Both the position numbers and the translations under genes were made by a program. This document shows positions 52,218-64,000 of a stretch of 64,000 nt of DNA, in pieces (position 1 is the stretch's first letter; every line of letters begins with the position of its first letter). The stretch is taken from NCBI GenBank assembly GCA_964035545.1, contig OZ037765.1:26907504-26971503 (forward strand), given 5' to 3'. This DNA comes from Bugula neritina. Lineage: Eukaryota > Animalia > Bryozoa. Below the pieces are notes generated by a model that was not told the DNA's origin, did no database searches, and saw only the letters and a list, made by a program, of their open reading frames with translations.

Positions 52218-55200
52218 ATGCCTCGTCAGAAAAAGTTGAAAGATCCAAGTCTTAACCGTCCTCAATTACAAAACAAAAAGCGAAACAAAAAGCGTAAAAT
52301 TGAGCAAAATATTGCTGACATCGAATCAGTGTCCAACCAAAAGAAAATGAAACTCAGTGCTGTATTGAAAGCTCCGGTGGCTAAAGGCACTATGTTTGTC
52401 GGTGCTCATATCTCAGCTGCTGGTACAGAATTTAATTAATTACTGGTAGCTCAAGATTTTGGCATCAAGTTTAGTGAAATATATAATTTCAAGCCTTTTC
52501 AAATCAGATATATATTGTTTAATAGAATTCACTGTAAAACTGGATTTAAACCTTAATGAGTTGGCATTGGTAATTATTTATGTCTAAGTCATCACTGGTA
52601 ATATCTTTGTGCAGATTTTGTAAATATATTATACGAGTAGAAAATTTTACTTCTATAAATTATCTTGCGTTACTTTTGAGCAACTTTGAAAATCTGCTTG
52701 CCTATTTTCACCAGGTGGAGTTCATAATGCGGTGACCAACGCTGTGAATATTGGGTGTAAATCTTTTGCACTGTTTTTAAAATCTCAGAGGCAGTGGAAT
52801 GCCAAACCATTGGACCCAGTCGTCATTGAAAAGTTTAAGACTCTTCTTAAAGTGAGTTATGTTATTTGTTAAATCATTGCATACTCAGCTATCTCACTAT
52901 TTTTTAGCAATTAAAAAACAGTTTGATTAGTTTATCTGTTTTAGGCTGTTTGAATTTTTGTAGGAAAACAATTTTGAGCCACATTTAATAGTGCCTCATG
53001 GCTCGTATCTCATCAACTGCGGCTCCCCTAATCCAGAGACTTTGACCAAAAGCAGAGAAGCACTAGTTGCAGAGCTGCAGCGGTGTGAGCAGCTGGGACT
53101 CACTAGGTACAACTTCCACCCTGGCTCCACGTGTGGCAAGCAGTCTATTGAGCAGAGTATACAGCAGACAGCTAGTTGCATTAATGAAGCTCATTCTAAG
53201 ACAAAGTTCGTCACTGCAGGTTTGCCTTTTTTATAAATCCAGCCTTTTAAATGACACTCTGTCCTTCTATGTTATTACAGCATATAATGAAGTAAATTTG
53301 GAGTTTTCTTCACAATTTTTCATTAGATGAAATTTGATAAAACAAAGAATTAGCTATTTAATGCTAGTGCCCAAATATCAAATAGTAGTATGAAGAAAGG
53401 TTTAGATGTAGAAGAATATATAATAACACATCATATACTGAACAATTTTTGTGAGTGTTTATTTATTAGCTTCTTATAATCTAAAATTGTTGGCAAAGCA
53501 TAAAGAAAATCTGAGTGTTGTAACTGCCCCAGTAACATCTGTGTAGTCAAATTGTTTATTTCAGTCATAGAAAACATGAGCTGTCAAGGCAACACAATTG
53601 GAGGTAAATTTGAAGAGTTGGCAGCCATTATAGATCTGGTTAAGAATAAGTCCAGGATTGGTGTGTGTCTGGACACTTGCCATGCTTTTGCTGCTGGTGA
53701 GACAATAAGTTGTAATTATAACATAAGTTAATCACAAAATCATAAGTATTTTATTGTAGAATAATTAAGATAATTTTACTGCCTGCAATTCTGAGCAAAG
53801 ATAATCTTTGGGCAAGCTTTTTCATACATACTTGTGTGTTAGAGTGTAGCTGTGATTTGAGGGTGATTTTAATAAATTACTTTAGGCTGTAAACAAAACT
53901 ATGATTTGTTCTTCAGAGTTATCTCCTCAGCTTGTGTACACTATTGCTAGTTTAACACTCAACACATAAAGCACGAATTTAACCCAACAGTAAACCTTGG
54001 CCCAACTGCATTTATTTCTCCCTGTCCAAACTGGTGGGTTTCAGTCAGATGATCACTGACTTACTTATTGGTCAGATTTGAATCCAGTTTGCTTTGACTT
54101 TTAGGTGTGATAATGAAATGTATCATCATTCACGACACATAGTACAATAAATTGTTACATCATATGCTAAACTTTTAAAATTTTTGTTATCAAGTTTATT
54201 ATCAGTGTGATGCTTGATTGTTTGCTACTAAGAAGTTAGTCTGGGTGTCCACATAATTCATTTAAATTTAACTAATTCATATTTTATTTCTGAAGATTTT
54301 TTTCAACTGGAATCTATACAACTGTTGATCCTGAAATCTTGTTGTCTAAATGTAATAAAAGTTTTGCAGGCCTATAGTTATTCTTACAAAACTAACTCCT
54401 TGGGAATTTACTTGTTGGGCTAATTAAGAAATGCATGTATAACTCATAGGATTTGTTGTGTTTTCACTTAACTAGTCCCAATTCTCTAGTTTACAATTTC
54501 TAATGCCCAGCTTAGTAAGTGATAATTTGTTAATCTTTCTCTTTAGCATCTACCTATCTCTCCACTTATCAACTTAATCCATGGTAACTCGCTCTTGTCA
54601 GCATTGAAGATTTGGCCACTAAGTTGATCATGCATGTTGTTCATGTTTATTTCTTATTTTGCAGGATTTGACCTCAGAACTGAAGAAGGATATTATGACA
54701 TGATGACCAAATTTGATAAGATTATCGGTTTCAAATATCTTAAGGCTTTGCACATCAATGACTCTAAAGGTGATACCAGCCACTAAACAGCTTGGGCAAT
54801 CACTTTAGCACCTCAGTTTTTGTTAGGTTTAATAGAAGTAGGGTTTCTTTACAAACAGCTGATTCTTGGCAGTTGCCTTAATCTAGAAGTCTGTGGCTTA
54901 ATTAAAGTAGAATATAAATAAGTGTTGGCTAAATTATATAGCAATTTCTGCCACCCTTCCTTATTATTAGCTAATTATATTCACTTATGTTCTATATAGT
55001 ATTATTCACTTGTCATAAACCACCTCATACAATATAATTGATCTTTTCCGTATTAACCAACGCCTTTGTACATATCCATATATATCTGAAATAGCTGTAC
55101 ACATTCTTTGAGTGGGGTTGATAGGGCATCAACCTACCAATGAAAGACATTTAAACTGACTGTTTCCATGCACCTTACTGTTCTTAAATCTACTAGAAAT

Positions 55201-55565
55201 CATGTTTTTCATACCTGCCAGCTCCTAAGACCTAAAACCTTATCGCAAGGCAATTGGGAAACTGTCCTTATTATGGTGTTGCTTGTAAGCATTTGACACT
55301 TGACATGAGCTTATTTCTACCTGACATGCACATATAAATTTATTTCTTTGTCAGGAATTCAGCTGCATTCTGTGTCATTTTAGGAGATTTGGGGTGTCAC
55401 TTAGATCGGCACGAGCAGATTGGCAAAGGGAAGATTGGAATGAAAGCCTTTTCACTGATCATGAATGACAGCAGGCTAGGAAACATTCCATTGATTTTAG
55501 AGACACCAGATGAACACCGCTGGGAACAAGAAATTAAGACGCTGTATAGCTTAATAAAAACTTGA
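52218..55565 (+). CDS. APN1: Endonuclease IV / APN1-type AP endonuclease, complete (6 coding exons)
   Basis: Exons 52218-52422, 52715-52851, 52964-53219, 53565-53696, 54665-54769 and 55384-55565. Zn-ligand motifs PHGSY, FHPG, IENM, DTCH, HINDS, DRHE and ILETP. Basic NLS-like N-terminus. Confidence 0.95.
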
Positions 55566-56489
55566 TTTCCTACTCGAACTTCTTTTCCACTGAAAGATGT
55601 AGCTCTATTTTCATACTTTCATACTGCATAAACTAGTTGGAGTTCTTCTACTCGTTTTATTATGTTTTCTTTAGTATTGAGGTGTATATTTTAAAGTTAT
55701 TCATTAACTGTGTACAAATTATGAATACTAATAAAGTTCTCTCGTTTCACTTGAGTGAAATATGTACATATAATATTTTTGGCATTGAATTGGCAAAATA
55801 TCATGTGTGGGGGTTACAAAGTCTTTTTCCTCTATGTTGATTGATTCACACTTGATGGCACCAGAAGTCACTGTATCATTCTCCATTCTAATTACAAATT
55901 TAAATGTAGGGTTTAAAGTTAAAAATTTCATGTGGGTTTTTATACCATTCAGTGTAGATCCATAACCTCTGTGATAAATCCCCTTGTGCTGCCTGAAAGT
56001 TTTACATCTACTTTTGATTAGATACTTCAAGCACAGTTATTAGCTAGTCTTTGAATAATATAAGTTTGGACATCAAAAATGGATATCATTTTTGCATGCT
56101 CACCACTTTAAAAAAAGAATATAGTTGACAGATAGAATTGAATAACATCAGGCTTCAACAGTAACAGAATAGCTTTGCAGTGCGTCTCATTAGCATACTA
56201 CCATACTAATACATGCTGTTAAGAAGAACTCATCAATCTGCCATCCAACTCTCTAAACGGATGCTAATTAACAATTTGCATTTATACAGGGCAGAGGTAA
56301 AGTCAGGTATAATTGTGTTAGAAGGTATGAGCCATACGCGGTGCACTGGAAGCTCGCGGCTTGTCAAGCATGACCAGATGTCGGAAAGATAATAACCTGC
56401 CGAGTTAGTAATACAGCATTATTCATATAGTGTATTGGAAGGGAAGCAGTAACACATGTGTCTTTGTGTGGTGTAACTGATTCAATAAC

Positions 56490-58613
56490 ATGGCTGCTGA
56501 TACTATGCCCGCTATTCACTGGGATAGCTCAAACAGGGTAAGAAATTAAGATTTTTATATATCATGTATAACGTTTTTTTTGTTATTTGTTTTATGTATG
56601 CCAAATGCTACATTATTATACAAGATCACATGGAATTGACCATTATTGATGGTAGGTGCCGCATCATATGCAGATATTATTCTTAGATAAATCGGCCTCA
56701 AAATTAATGAACGAAAAAGTGAAGCTGTAATGAATTGTAGATCAATGTAGCAAGTATATTATTTACAGGGCAATTGTATAAATTATTGTTATCTGGTGAG
56801 GCATGTGGCTAATTGCCAATTGCAAGATAAAAATTTTAATTTGTATTATTTTTGGAGCCAAGCATTAAATTTATCTTTTTTACAAAGAAACAAACAATCA
56901 ATGATACCATAAAGATGTCAATTATATTGACTGAGTGCTGGCAAATAAAGGATAGATAAAAAAGAGTGACATGCACTGTTTATGTCTTTACAGCAAATCT
57001 ATTTGAAGAAGTATAAAGAATTGGGATCAAATCCAAACATTGTTCGAGTGGTGGACGCTCCTAACAACTCCCATCTACCAGCAAAGTTAGTTGACGAAGC
57101 ACTGCTGCTACACTCCATAGTTCCCCACCGCAAGATTATTTGCCAGTGCGTGGACTTTGTCAGTAAAGATGGCCAACTTTACTTTTCAAACCAGAAGTTT
57201 TCTATACCCGTAGGTTACAATGGTTGGCTTGAGATTTTGTCTGAGGATGGAAAAGCTGTGAGCCCTAGTAGGACTATTGAACATATTGCATCAAAACTTG
57301 TGGAGAGATTTTTGGTGAGAAGTCGAACAAAAGCTTATTTAGGAAATGCCAACAGTGGACCTGACTATGATAGTCCAATCTTCATAGAAAAAGGAGTAGT
57401 AGTGAAAGTAGTAAGTCAACTAAGTGTAGTTCATGGATGGCGAAGACAAAAAAAGCATGTTTTACATTGCAATGATACGAATGGCTGCAGTATCTATTTT
57501 GATTTCAAGACAACAGGCCAATTCAGTCCTATAGCAGGACCTACCAATATACCAGGAGTACACTCTATTGAGAGCCTCATCAGCCAGTTTCGTCTTCCTC
57601 TCACTGTTCGAATCGTATCAGGTAAAATACCTAGAATTGCCAGTGATAATGACCGTCCAGGTGTATTCCGTCTCATTGAATCTCAGAAAGATAATACTGC
57701 CTTATTCCTTCCCACTAGAAGTCACCAAAAGCTTATTCCAGTTTCAATTCGAACCAATATTCAGCTAATTCAAGCAGCCAATATGATTGATATTAGCCAA
57801 CATGAATACTACAGGAGACTACTTAGTCTGTGTAATAAAAAGGTAGACAAGTATTTCCGCACCATACAAGTATTGGTTAGTGCCAGGCAACAGCCTAAGA
57901 TATACTCCTCCTGTACTCTACCAGTCCGGAAAAAGTCTAGTGAAAGTAGCATACAGGTTATAAAATCTCCATCTATGAATACAGAAGAGGATATCCTGTT
58001 TGCTGAAGTAGATGATCTGTATGCATATGTTAGGAGAGGTGGTGTGCCTCCCAAATCAAGACCTCGCTCTTGGGCTACTAATACCGACGGCTCTGCAATA
58101 TTGATGTCAGCTGAAGGTAAAAGCAGTTCACAGCCAATGTTAGCCATGGGAAATGGCAAGCCTAGAGGTCTACTTGCTACGCTGACTGCTGGAAAGTTTC
58201 CTTCGAAATCTAGCACACTGGTTCGTCAGTATAAAGTCTCACAGACACCAACAACTCCAGATCAGACTCCATTGAAGACACTTGTGTTAGAAGCAGGCAC
58301 TTTACCTGTTACAAAGAGAACCGACAAAACACGATCTTATATTGAAAAGTACCATGGGTCAATGGAGTCCCTCCAAACTGAAGTTGACCCTTATGTTGAT
58401 GAATGGCAATACAAAGATTCTAATGAGAGTTTGAATTTTACAAGAAGAATTCCTCATCAGCAAAGCCAGAAAGGCCCGAAGTGGCAACGAATATTGAAAC
58501 CAAGACCTTTCTCCACATCATTTGAGATTATTCAGACTAAGGCCGGTCATTCTCCTAATAAGGCAGACAACTCTCACTTACTCAGAAATGCTAATACTCG
58601 ATTATTACTCTAA
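56490..58613 (+). CDS. CABIT-domain protein (Serrano/GAREM/Themis-related)
   Basis: Exon 56490-56537 (MAADTMPAIHWDSSNR) is spliced in frame to 56994-58613. Motifs FSIPVGYNGWLEILSEDG, GQFSPI and FRLPLTVRIVSG. The tail is low complexity with DDLYAYVR and a PPKSRP proline motif. Confidence 0.75.
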
Positions 58614-59195
58614 CATATTTATTTAAAAAACAATCCAAAATGTCCATAATTTAAAAAATACTGTAATACTCTTTTATACAGACAAATGTTGTTATGTATA
58701 CGTATTTATTTTCATAGTTGGTGTACATAGCTTTTTATACATTTAGGTTTAAAACCTCATTTTCTTTGCATACAGTTCTATAAGATTACTTCGAGACGAC
58801 AAGCTAACTAAATTGAGCCAACTGTAGTGCAAACTATTCATTCCCTATTAGCAATGTCTATTAAAACACTGAACAATTGCCATGGTTACTAATGTTAACA
58901 TTTATATTATTGCTAGCTCACATGATTAAAAAATGATGTTAGAAGCAGTTAAGATAACCGTCTCTGTTTGATGAAAATCAAAATACTTTCAAATCTCTGT
59001 CCAAACAACATATTTTAAAATATACTTTTTGTGTGATATAAAAATTCTTACATTGCTGCTAATACAGCATAGCACAATAATTAGGTTTTAGATAAACTTT
59101 TAGCGCATGTATAAATACATTAATAAGTCTCGGATTTAATAAATCTATAAATCAAGAGGATAATTATATAAATGACACTAAAATTACTGGAGAAA

Positions 59196-62100
59196 TTATT
59201 GATGGTGTAAAAAGTTATTAAAGCTAGCATAGGCTGAGTCTAAGTCATGGAGAAGCTGTCTAATCTGCCCGTCATCCAGTTCATCTGAGGCTTGCATATT
59301 TCCCAAAGTTTGTAACCTAGTGCATACAGATTACAATATAACCCAGACAATAGTACTTGATTAACAACATAATACTGGCATGGGTTTAAGAAAAGCAAAG
59401 ACAAAGAGCACTATCTAGCATTTCCAACATGTTTAATTATAACTACATAGGAAGCATTTGTAAAACTGTGATATTAATTTTACTAATATAGCACATAGAA
59501 TATATACTCTAATTTAAATGTAAAACCGGAGGCTCTGTTAATTAAATAAGTGCTTGATTTGCTTCCAAAACTTAAAAACAACTAGAGAATCACTCATTTC
59601 CCAACTAAATGAAATTTCAGAGAATTTATGAAACTTCTGGGTTAGTAGTCTTATAGCATTTAGTAAGGCAACATGAGAACATAATACCCTGAATAGAGTT
59701 AGCAATAAAATTCTGAATCACTGAGAATGACGTATCCAGGCATTGGTAACAGTAGGTTGCCATAATAAATATAATAGAATAGATTAATGATAGGAATCAG
59801 CTGATATATGACATATAAACCGCAAACACATGACTGTGAGTCTAGCTAAACATAATCAATATGTTGCACAGTAAACAGAACTGGTTTCCCATCTCAGTTC
59901 CACTGCAGCCAGTTCAAGACATGGAAATGAGTCAACATTTAATTTCAGCTGCCCTGAGTCACTCCATCTGTTCAACTCAAACTCGGTTTGCTCTCATATC
60001 GATTTGCGCTGAGCAGCTCACACCACAAAGAGGTAGAGAAATTAGGCTGCCAGTAAAAACTTACACTGCAAATTACTAAATGACAATACAACATGTTGCT
60101 ACTTACTCTTAAAAAAATTTCCCCTAATCCAAGTAGTATTTTCATTAAATAACCAAAATTATCATTCTCAAACCTTTGCAGAATAAAATGATGTGTTCAC
60201 GTACATGTACACGTACATGGTTGACAGTTGAAGCAAACATAGTTATACTTATAGTGAGTAGTTGATGTAATAAAAACTTATTTTCACCCAAAATTAACCT
60301 TGACCATTATAGACAGATGACCTAAATGTACATAGCCAAGTTTCCTAACATGTCAGACTCACATCAAGAGAGGCAGCTACAACAGACCGTACTGACAAAG
60401 TAATGAAGTAGAAGTCGTACTGAACATGACTCCCTGACTGAACTGGCTGCTGGTGGGAAATCAGACTAACAACCAAGATACTTGCCAAGTGTTTATCTTC
60501 ACTTTTCCTTCAAAGTCAGCTGGTAGTGTACTTAGTCTGTTCATCGTGTCATACAGCTCCCTCAAATATGGCTGCACCTGTATAGTCAGACATTGCAGCT
60601 GTATAAACTCTTGTAGCATATAAACAAATTAGGTTTTATATAACATTGCTGGTCATGGCCATAGCTTAGCAACTAGCTGCGTTAGTGGCAGGAAATTTTA
60701 TGTTATTATTTATTGCATAATGCATAATCAGAATGCATCTTTCCAAACAATCCAATCATACAAATTAGTAACTATATAGGAATATATCATGATGAATGGC
60801 CTTATGCCAGACATAGCACCTACGCTCATCACTGCCAGTGACTGGGGAATTGTATAGACATAAATCTATGTGATTTCTGTGATGCACTTGAGCACCCCTG
60901 AGTGACAGATCACTGCAGGTAGCCGCAGGTATAGAAAGTGTGCTGGCAAATGTCAAAGAAATTCTCATCTTTGAATAAAGAGGAAAACCAGAAATATAAT
61001 AGAAAAAAACGTAATTTCCTTGAAGTTCTTTGTACATAAGAGTCAGGAATCCTGTGTGAGAAAAATGCTAAGCTAAACCTCGCTCTAGACTCGCTGCCCT
61101 CCCTCTAGACACAGGAACTCGCTCTAAACCCAGTCTATATTAATCCCAGGGCACTTCAAATAGTTATTAAATAAAGTCCTGTCAAAAAGTGGAAAGAAAT
61201 TTCAATGTACTGATTTCCCCACTCGTCTAAACCCCTTAATACATAATTCCTGTTAATTAAATTTTTCCCTTTTCCAATTCATACAGAACGGTTGGCTAAG
61301 AAATGCCTCAGTCTGGCAAGACAGACAAATATTAATAGTCTTACCTCATCCACCGACTTTTGATCTAGCTTAAGAGCGTCCATTGTGGTGATAAATCCCT
61401 ACAACGGTAACAACCAGACATGATTTAATGCGAGAAGATAGAAACCAGCCGCAAGGAGAGCAAAGTGCCAACTCTGATTGGTCCAACAGCTGCAGTCTAC
61501 TGAAGCAGATTACAAAGAAATATTAACATTATGCAAGCAAATCGGCCCAAATATAAAGTAAATATTCAATACACTATGTGTCCATCACACAGGAAGTATG
61601 GGTACCAAAGCAAGACAGGAACAAATGGTTTTATTCTATCACCTACTTGATATCCTGCATTTCTTGCAGCATTAGCTGTAATAATTTAAAGTTATTTGAC
61701 CAATTCAGTCTAGTCATGGTGATCCAATATCAGTTGAACTGATGCAATATCTTGCAAGATTTAGATATATCACTGTGTGACAAAAATCTCGTAATATAAT
61801 TGGAGAAAATAACTGCAAGTCAAAACTGGTCAGAAATTTCCAACACAACAATCAGTAAAAATACAGTCATTATTTATAATGGCAAAAATAACTTGACCGG
61901 TTTTTGTTCTAATATAGCAAAGTGGTAATGATTAGACTAAAATAGTTCGAGCTTCTGAAAATTGTGTACTGTTTTTTTTTCAGCTATCAACCATCTTAGT
62001 ATACTTTTCGTGTGTTTCATATAGTGATATGTTAATAGACCATCCAAGTTATTAATATGGCCTGAAATGACCTCCCCCAACTAACTTTAGACATTGTTAC

Positions 62101-64000
62101 AAGACTTTACCTCAAAAATTGAGGCACTTAATTTTTTTAAATCAAGTAAATGGCTAAAAATAATTTAATCAGTAGTTTAGGTTTACGTTATAAACACGAA
62201 TTTGATTTCCTACGCAGAAATTAATGTCTATCAAAGATACCAGCAAATAATAGTATAATTAATCATCAGCACTTTCCTAGTCCCATGCCAACACAACCCT
62301 GCTGTGTGCACACCTAGCACATTGTGTGCGCACAAAAAATTAAAAAAAGATGACGACTAGCCAACTGTTGTTTATTTGTCATCAAAGTGCTAAGCTGGTG
62401 ATCAATAATTGATGGAAGAGATGGTTAGGTGTATAATGCAGACTGGAAGATATGGCTAGGTGTATACTGACTCGACTATAAAATAAATATCTATCTATCC
62501 AAGACCTGCAGCACTGGAATCAGTAGAAAGTTTTAGCTATGTAAATTATTAGAGTTTACACACAGCTATTGGACTTGAACAGTTCCTGAATTCAAAAAAT
62601 ATTTAAATAAAAGCTGAAGGCAAAGGCTAATATGAGCCTCCATTACACTTACAGACACGATGTCAGCAACACATTTTGTGGTATTTCCAGCGTCATCTTT
62701 CACAGTGAGGGGCCGACCTTCCCTGATACGTTCCAACGCAGCGGAACAGTCCATCTAATACATAAACAAAGCACAGTGTTGGTAGACAGAATTTCTATTT
62801 ATATATACAAATCAATAATTAATATTCCTTCAGTGGGTTTAACTCATGTCACACCTAATTATAAAATATCTACTGAACTTGATAAGTGCTCGACTCCTTT
62901 GCTTTTAATTGTACTGCCAGGTTACACCTTTGTATAGTTCAAGGTTGAACTATAGTCTATTCTATAAATAATGTTAAAATATACAGCCTCAGCCCCTGAA
63001 ATGACTTGCATAGAAAATTGATAAAAATTATTGGGCAAGTCATATCGACTGATTCAAGTCCGAAATAATTAAAAAGAGTTAAACAATATTTGATAGAGTC
63101 CAAAATGGCTAAATTCAAAAGTAGTTTTAAAAAAGGCTTCATACTACATATATTTAGAGCCTACAATGCAGGTTGAAAAATGAAGCAAATAGTTAATCGG
63201 TCATTAGTAAACAAAATGTGCTGCAAAAGTGAAGGTTTCACGATGGCATAATGCTGAATAACAAGCATGCAGCAAATACCTAATACATAGTACATCAAAC
63301 ACAACTTTGGCTGCAACGGGTCTTCACATTTGATGGTGTTAAATTGACAGATTAAGATTATTTGGTCAAAACTTGTAGTCACTTGATGTGGGAATAACTC
63401 CCAAACTTTAAATTCAGAATCCAAATGACAAATAGACCAGCAACATAAATTGAACATTTTCCCTTTTCACTACCAAACCGAATCTAATGGTGTAGCTAAC
63501 AGAGTGACTTTATACAATGCTACATCATTTCGTATCACCATCAAATAGAAAAAAAAATGCGTAGGAAGAAATAATAAGGAATAATAATAAGGATGTAATA
63601 AGGAAGAAATTTCCTTAACTGCTTTACTGCAGTTTATATATAACTAATACTAAACACACTGCATGGGTATGAGAATCATACTTATGCCAACCTGACAGAA
63701 GAAAAACAACGTGAGTAAACTATCTTCTACATTGGAACAATATTTTGCCAAGATAAAATCAGCTACTTCAGTTGTATGGCAAAAATATTTTACTCAATTT
63801 CCTTGTTATTTTTAGAAATTGTATTTATACGTTAATATTCAGTTATTTAGGATGACACTAATTGCATACATCTAACAATTATGCTGAGGGAAAAGTGAAT
63901 ACCTTTAATGAGATAAACTTAACTGAAAATGTATACTTGTGTAAAAAGAGGACAACTCAAGTATATGCACACCGTACCTTGTAGGCTTTCATGAAGTCTT
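59196..64000 (-). CDS. VPS28: Vacuolar protein sorting 28 (ESCRT-I), 3' part
   Basis: Exons ..DFMKAYK (to about 63978), 62754-62653 (MDCSAALERIREGRPLTVKDD..CVADIVS), 61398-61345 (FITTMDALKL), 60577-60486 (QPYLRELYDTMNRL..DFEGK) and 59316-59196 (WLQTL..ASDELDDGQIRQLLHDLDSAY). Confidence 0.95.

Larger units (their letters stand above)
41593..54077 (+). repeat. Tandem segmental duplication, copy B (about 12.5 kb; internal 5.6-kb deletion; no TIR element)
   Basis: 41593-45531 matches 17553-21713. 45532-48384 matches 27299-30157. 48385-54077 matches 35895-41592. Confidence 0.93.

Noticed and set aside
52218-55565. Recent horizontal transfer of bacterial nfo or of the oxidoreductase
   Set aside because: Both genes are intron-rich with host composition, and APN1-type endonuclease IV is known from many eukaryotes including invertebrates.
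57494-58216. Antisense and alternative-frame ORFs over the CABIT gene (similar ones overlap NIPBL exons)
   Set aside because: Shadow ORFs of real coding exons with no independent evidence.
60725-60835. C/D-box snoRNA in a VPS28 intron (GTGATGA...CTGA on the minus strand)
   Set aside because: The terminal stem is weak and I could not recognise an rRNA guide sequence; it needs an Infernal or snoscan search.

Overview
AT-rich, intron-rich eukaryotic DNA from an invertebrate animal (inferred from GT-AG introns, metazoan NIPBL and CABIT genes, and a retained endonuclease IV). Genes in order: the 3' part of a Kelch-repeat gene ending in a CaaX box (+, to 3234); a complete NIPBL/Nipped-B (+, 5579-23350/23828); a TDA3-like FAD oxidoreductase (-); a C1orf74/UPF0739 homologue (-); endonuclease IV/APN1 (+); a CABIT-domain gene (+); and the 3' part of VPS28 (-). 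The centre is a tandem duplication: copy A 17553-41592 and copy B 41593-54077, joined at a 5-bp microhomology (TTGAA). Losses are reciprocal, so each of the four affected genes keeps one full-length copy. The junction places endonuclease IV exons upstream of phase-compatible NIPBL C-terminal exons, giving a possible in-frame chimeric gene. Copy A alone carries a 5.7-kb element with terminal inverted repeats (TIRs) and a perfect 9-bp target-site duplication (TSD); the empty site is visible in copy B. Its cargo is a decayed, intron-containing USP (peptidase C19) deubiquitinase gene that the ORF track shows only in fragments. This element contains a young 5'-truncated LINE and sits inside an older fold-back element. 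Hexamer-periodic AT-rich tracts occupy the first intron downstream of each visible housekeeping-type promoter. All exon calls and difference counts were made by eye.
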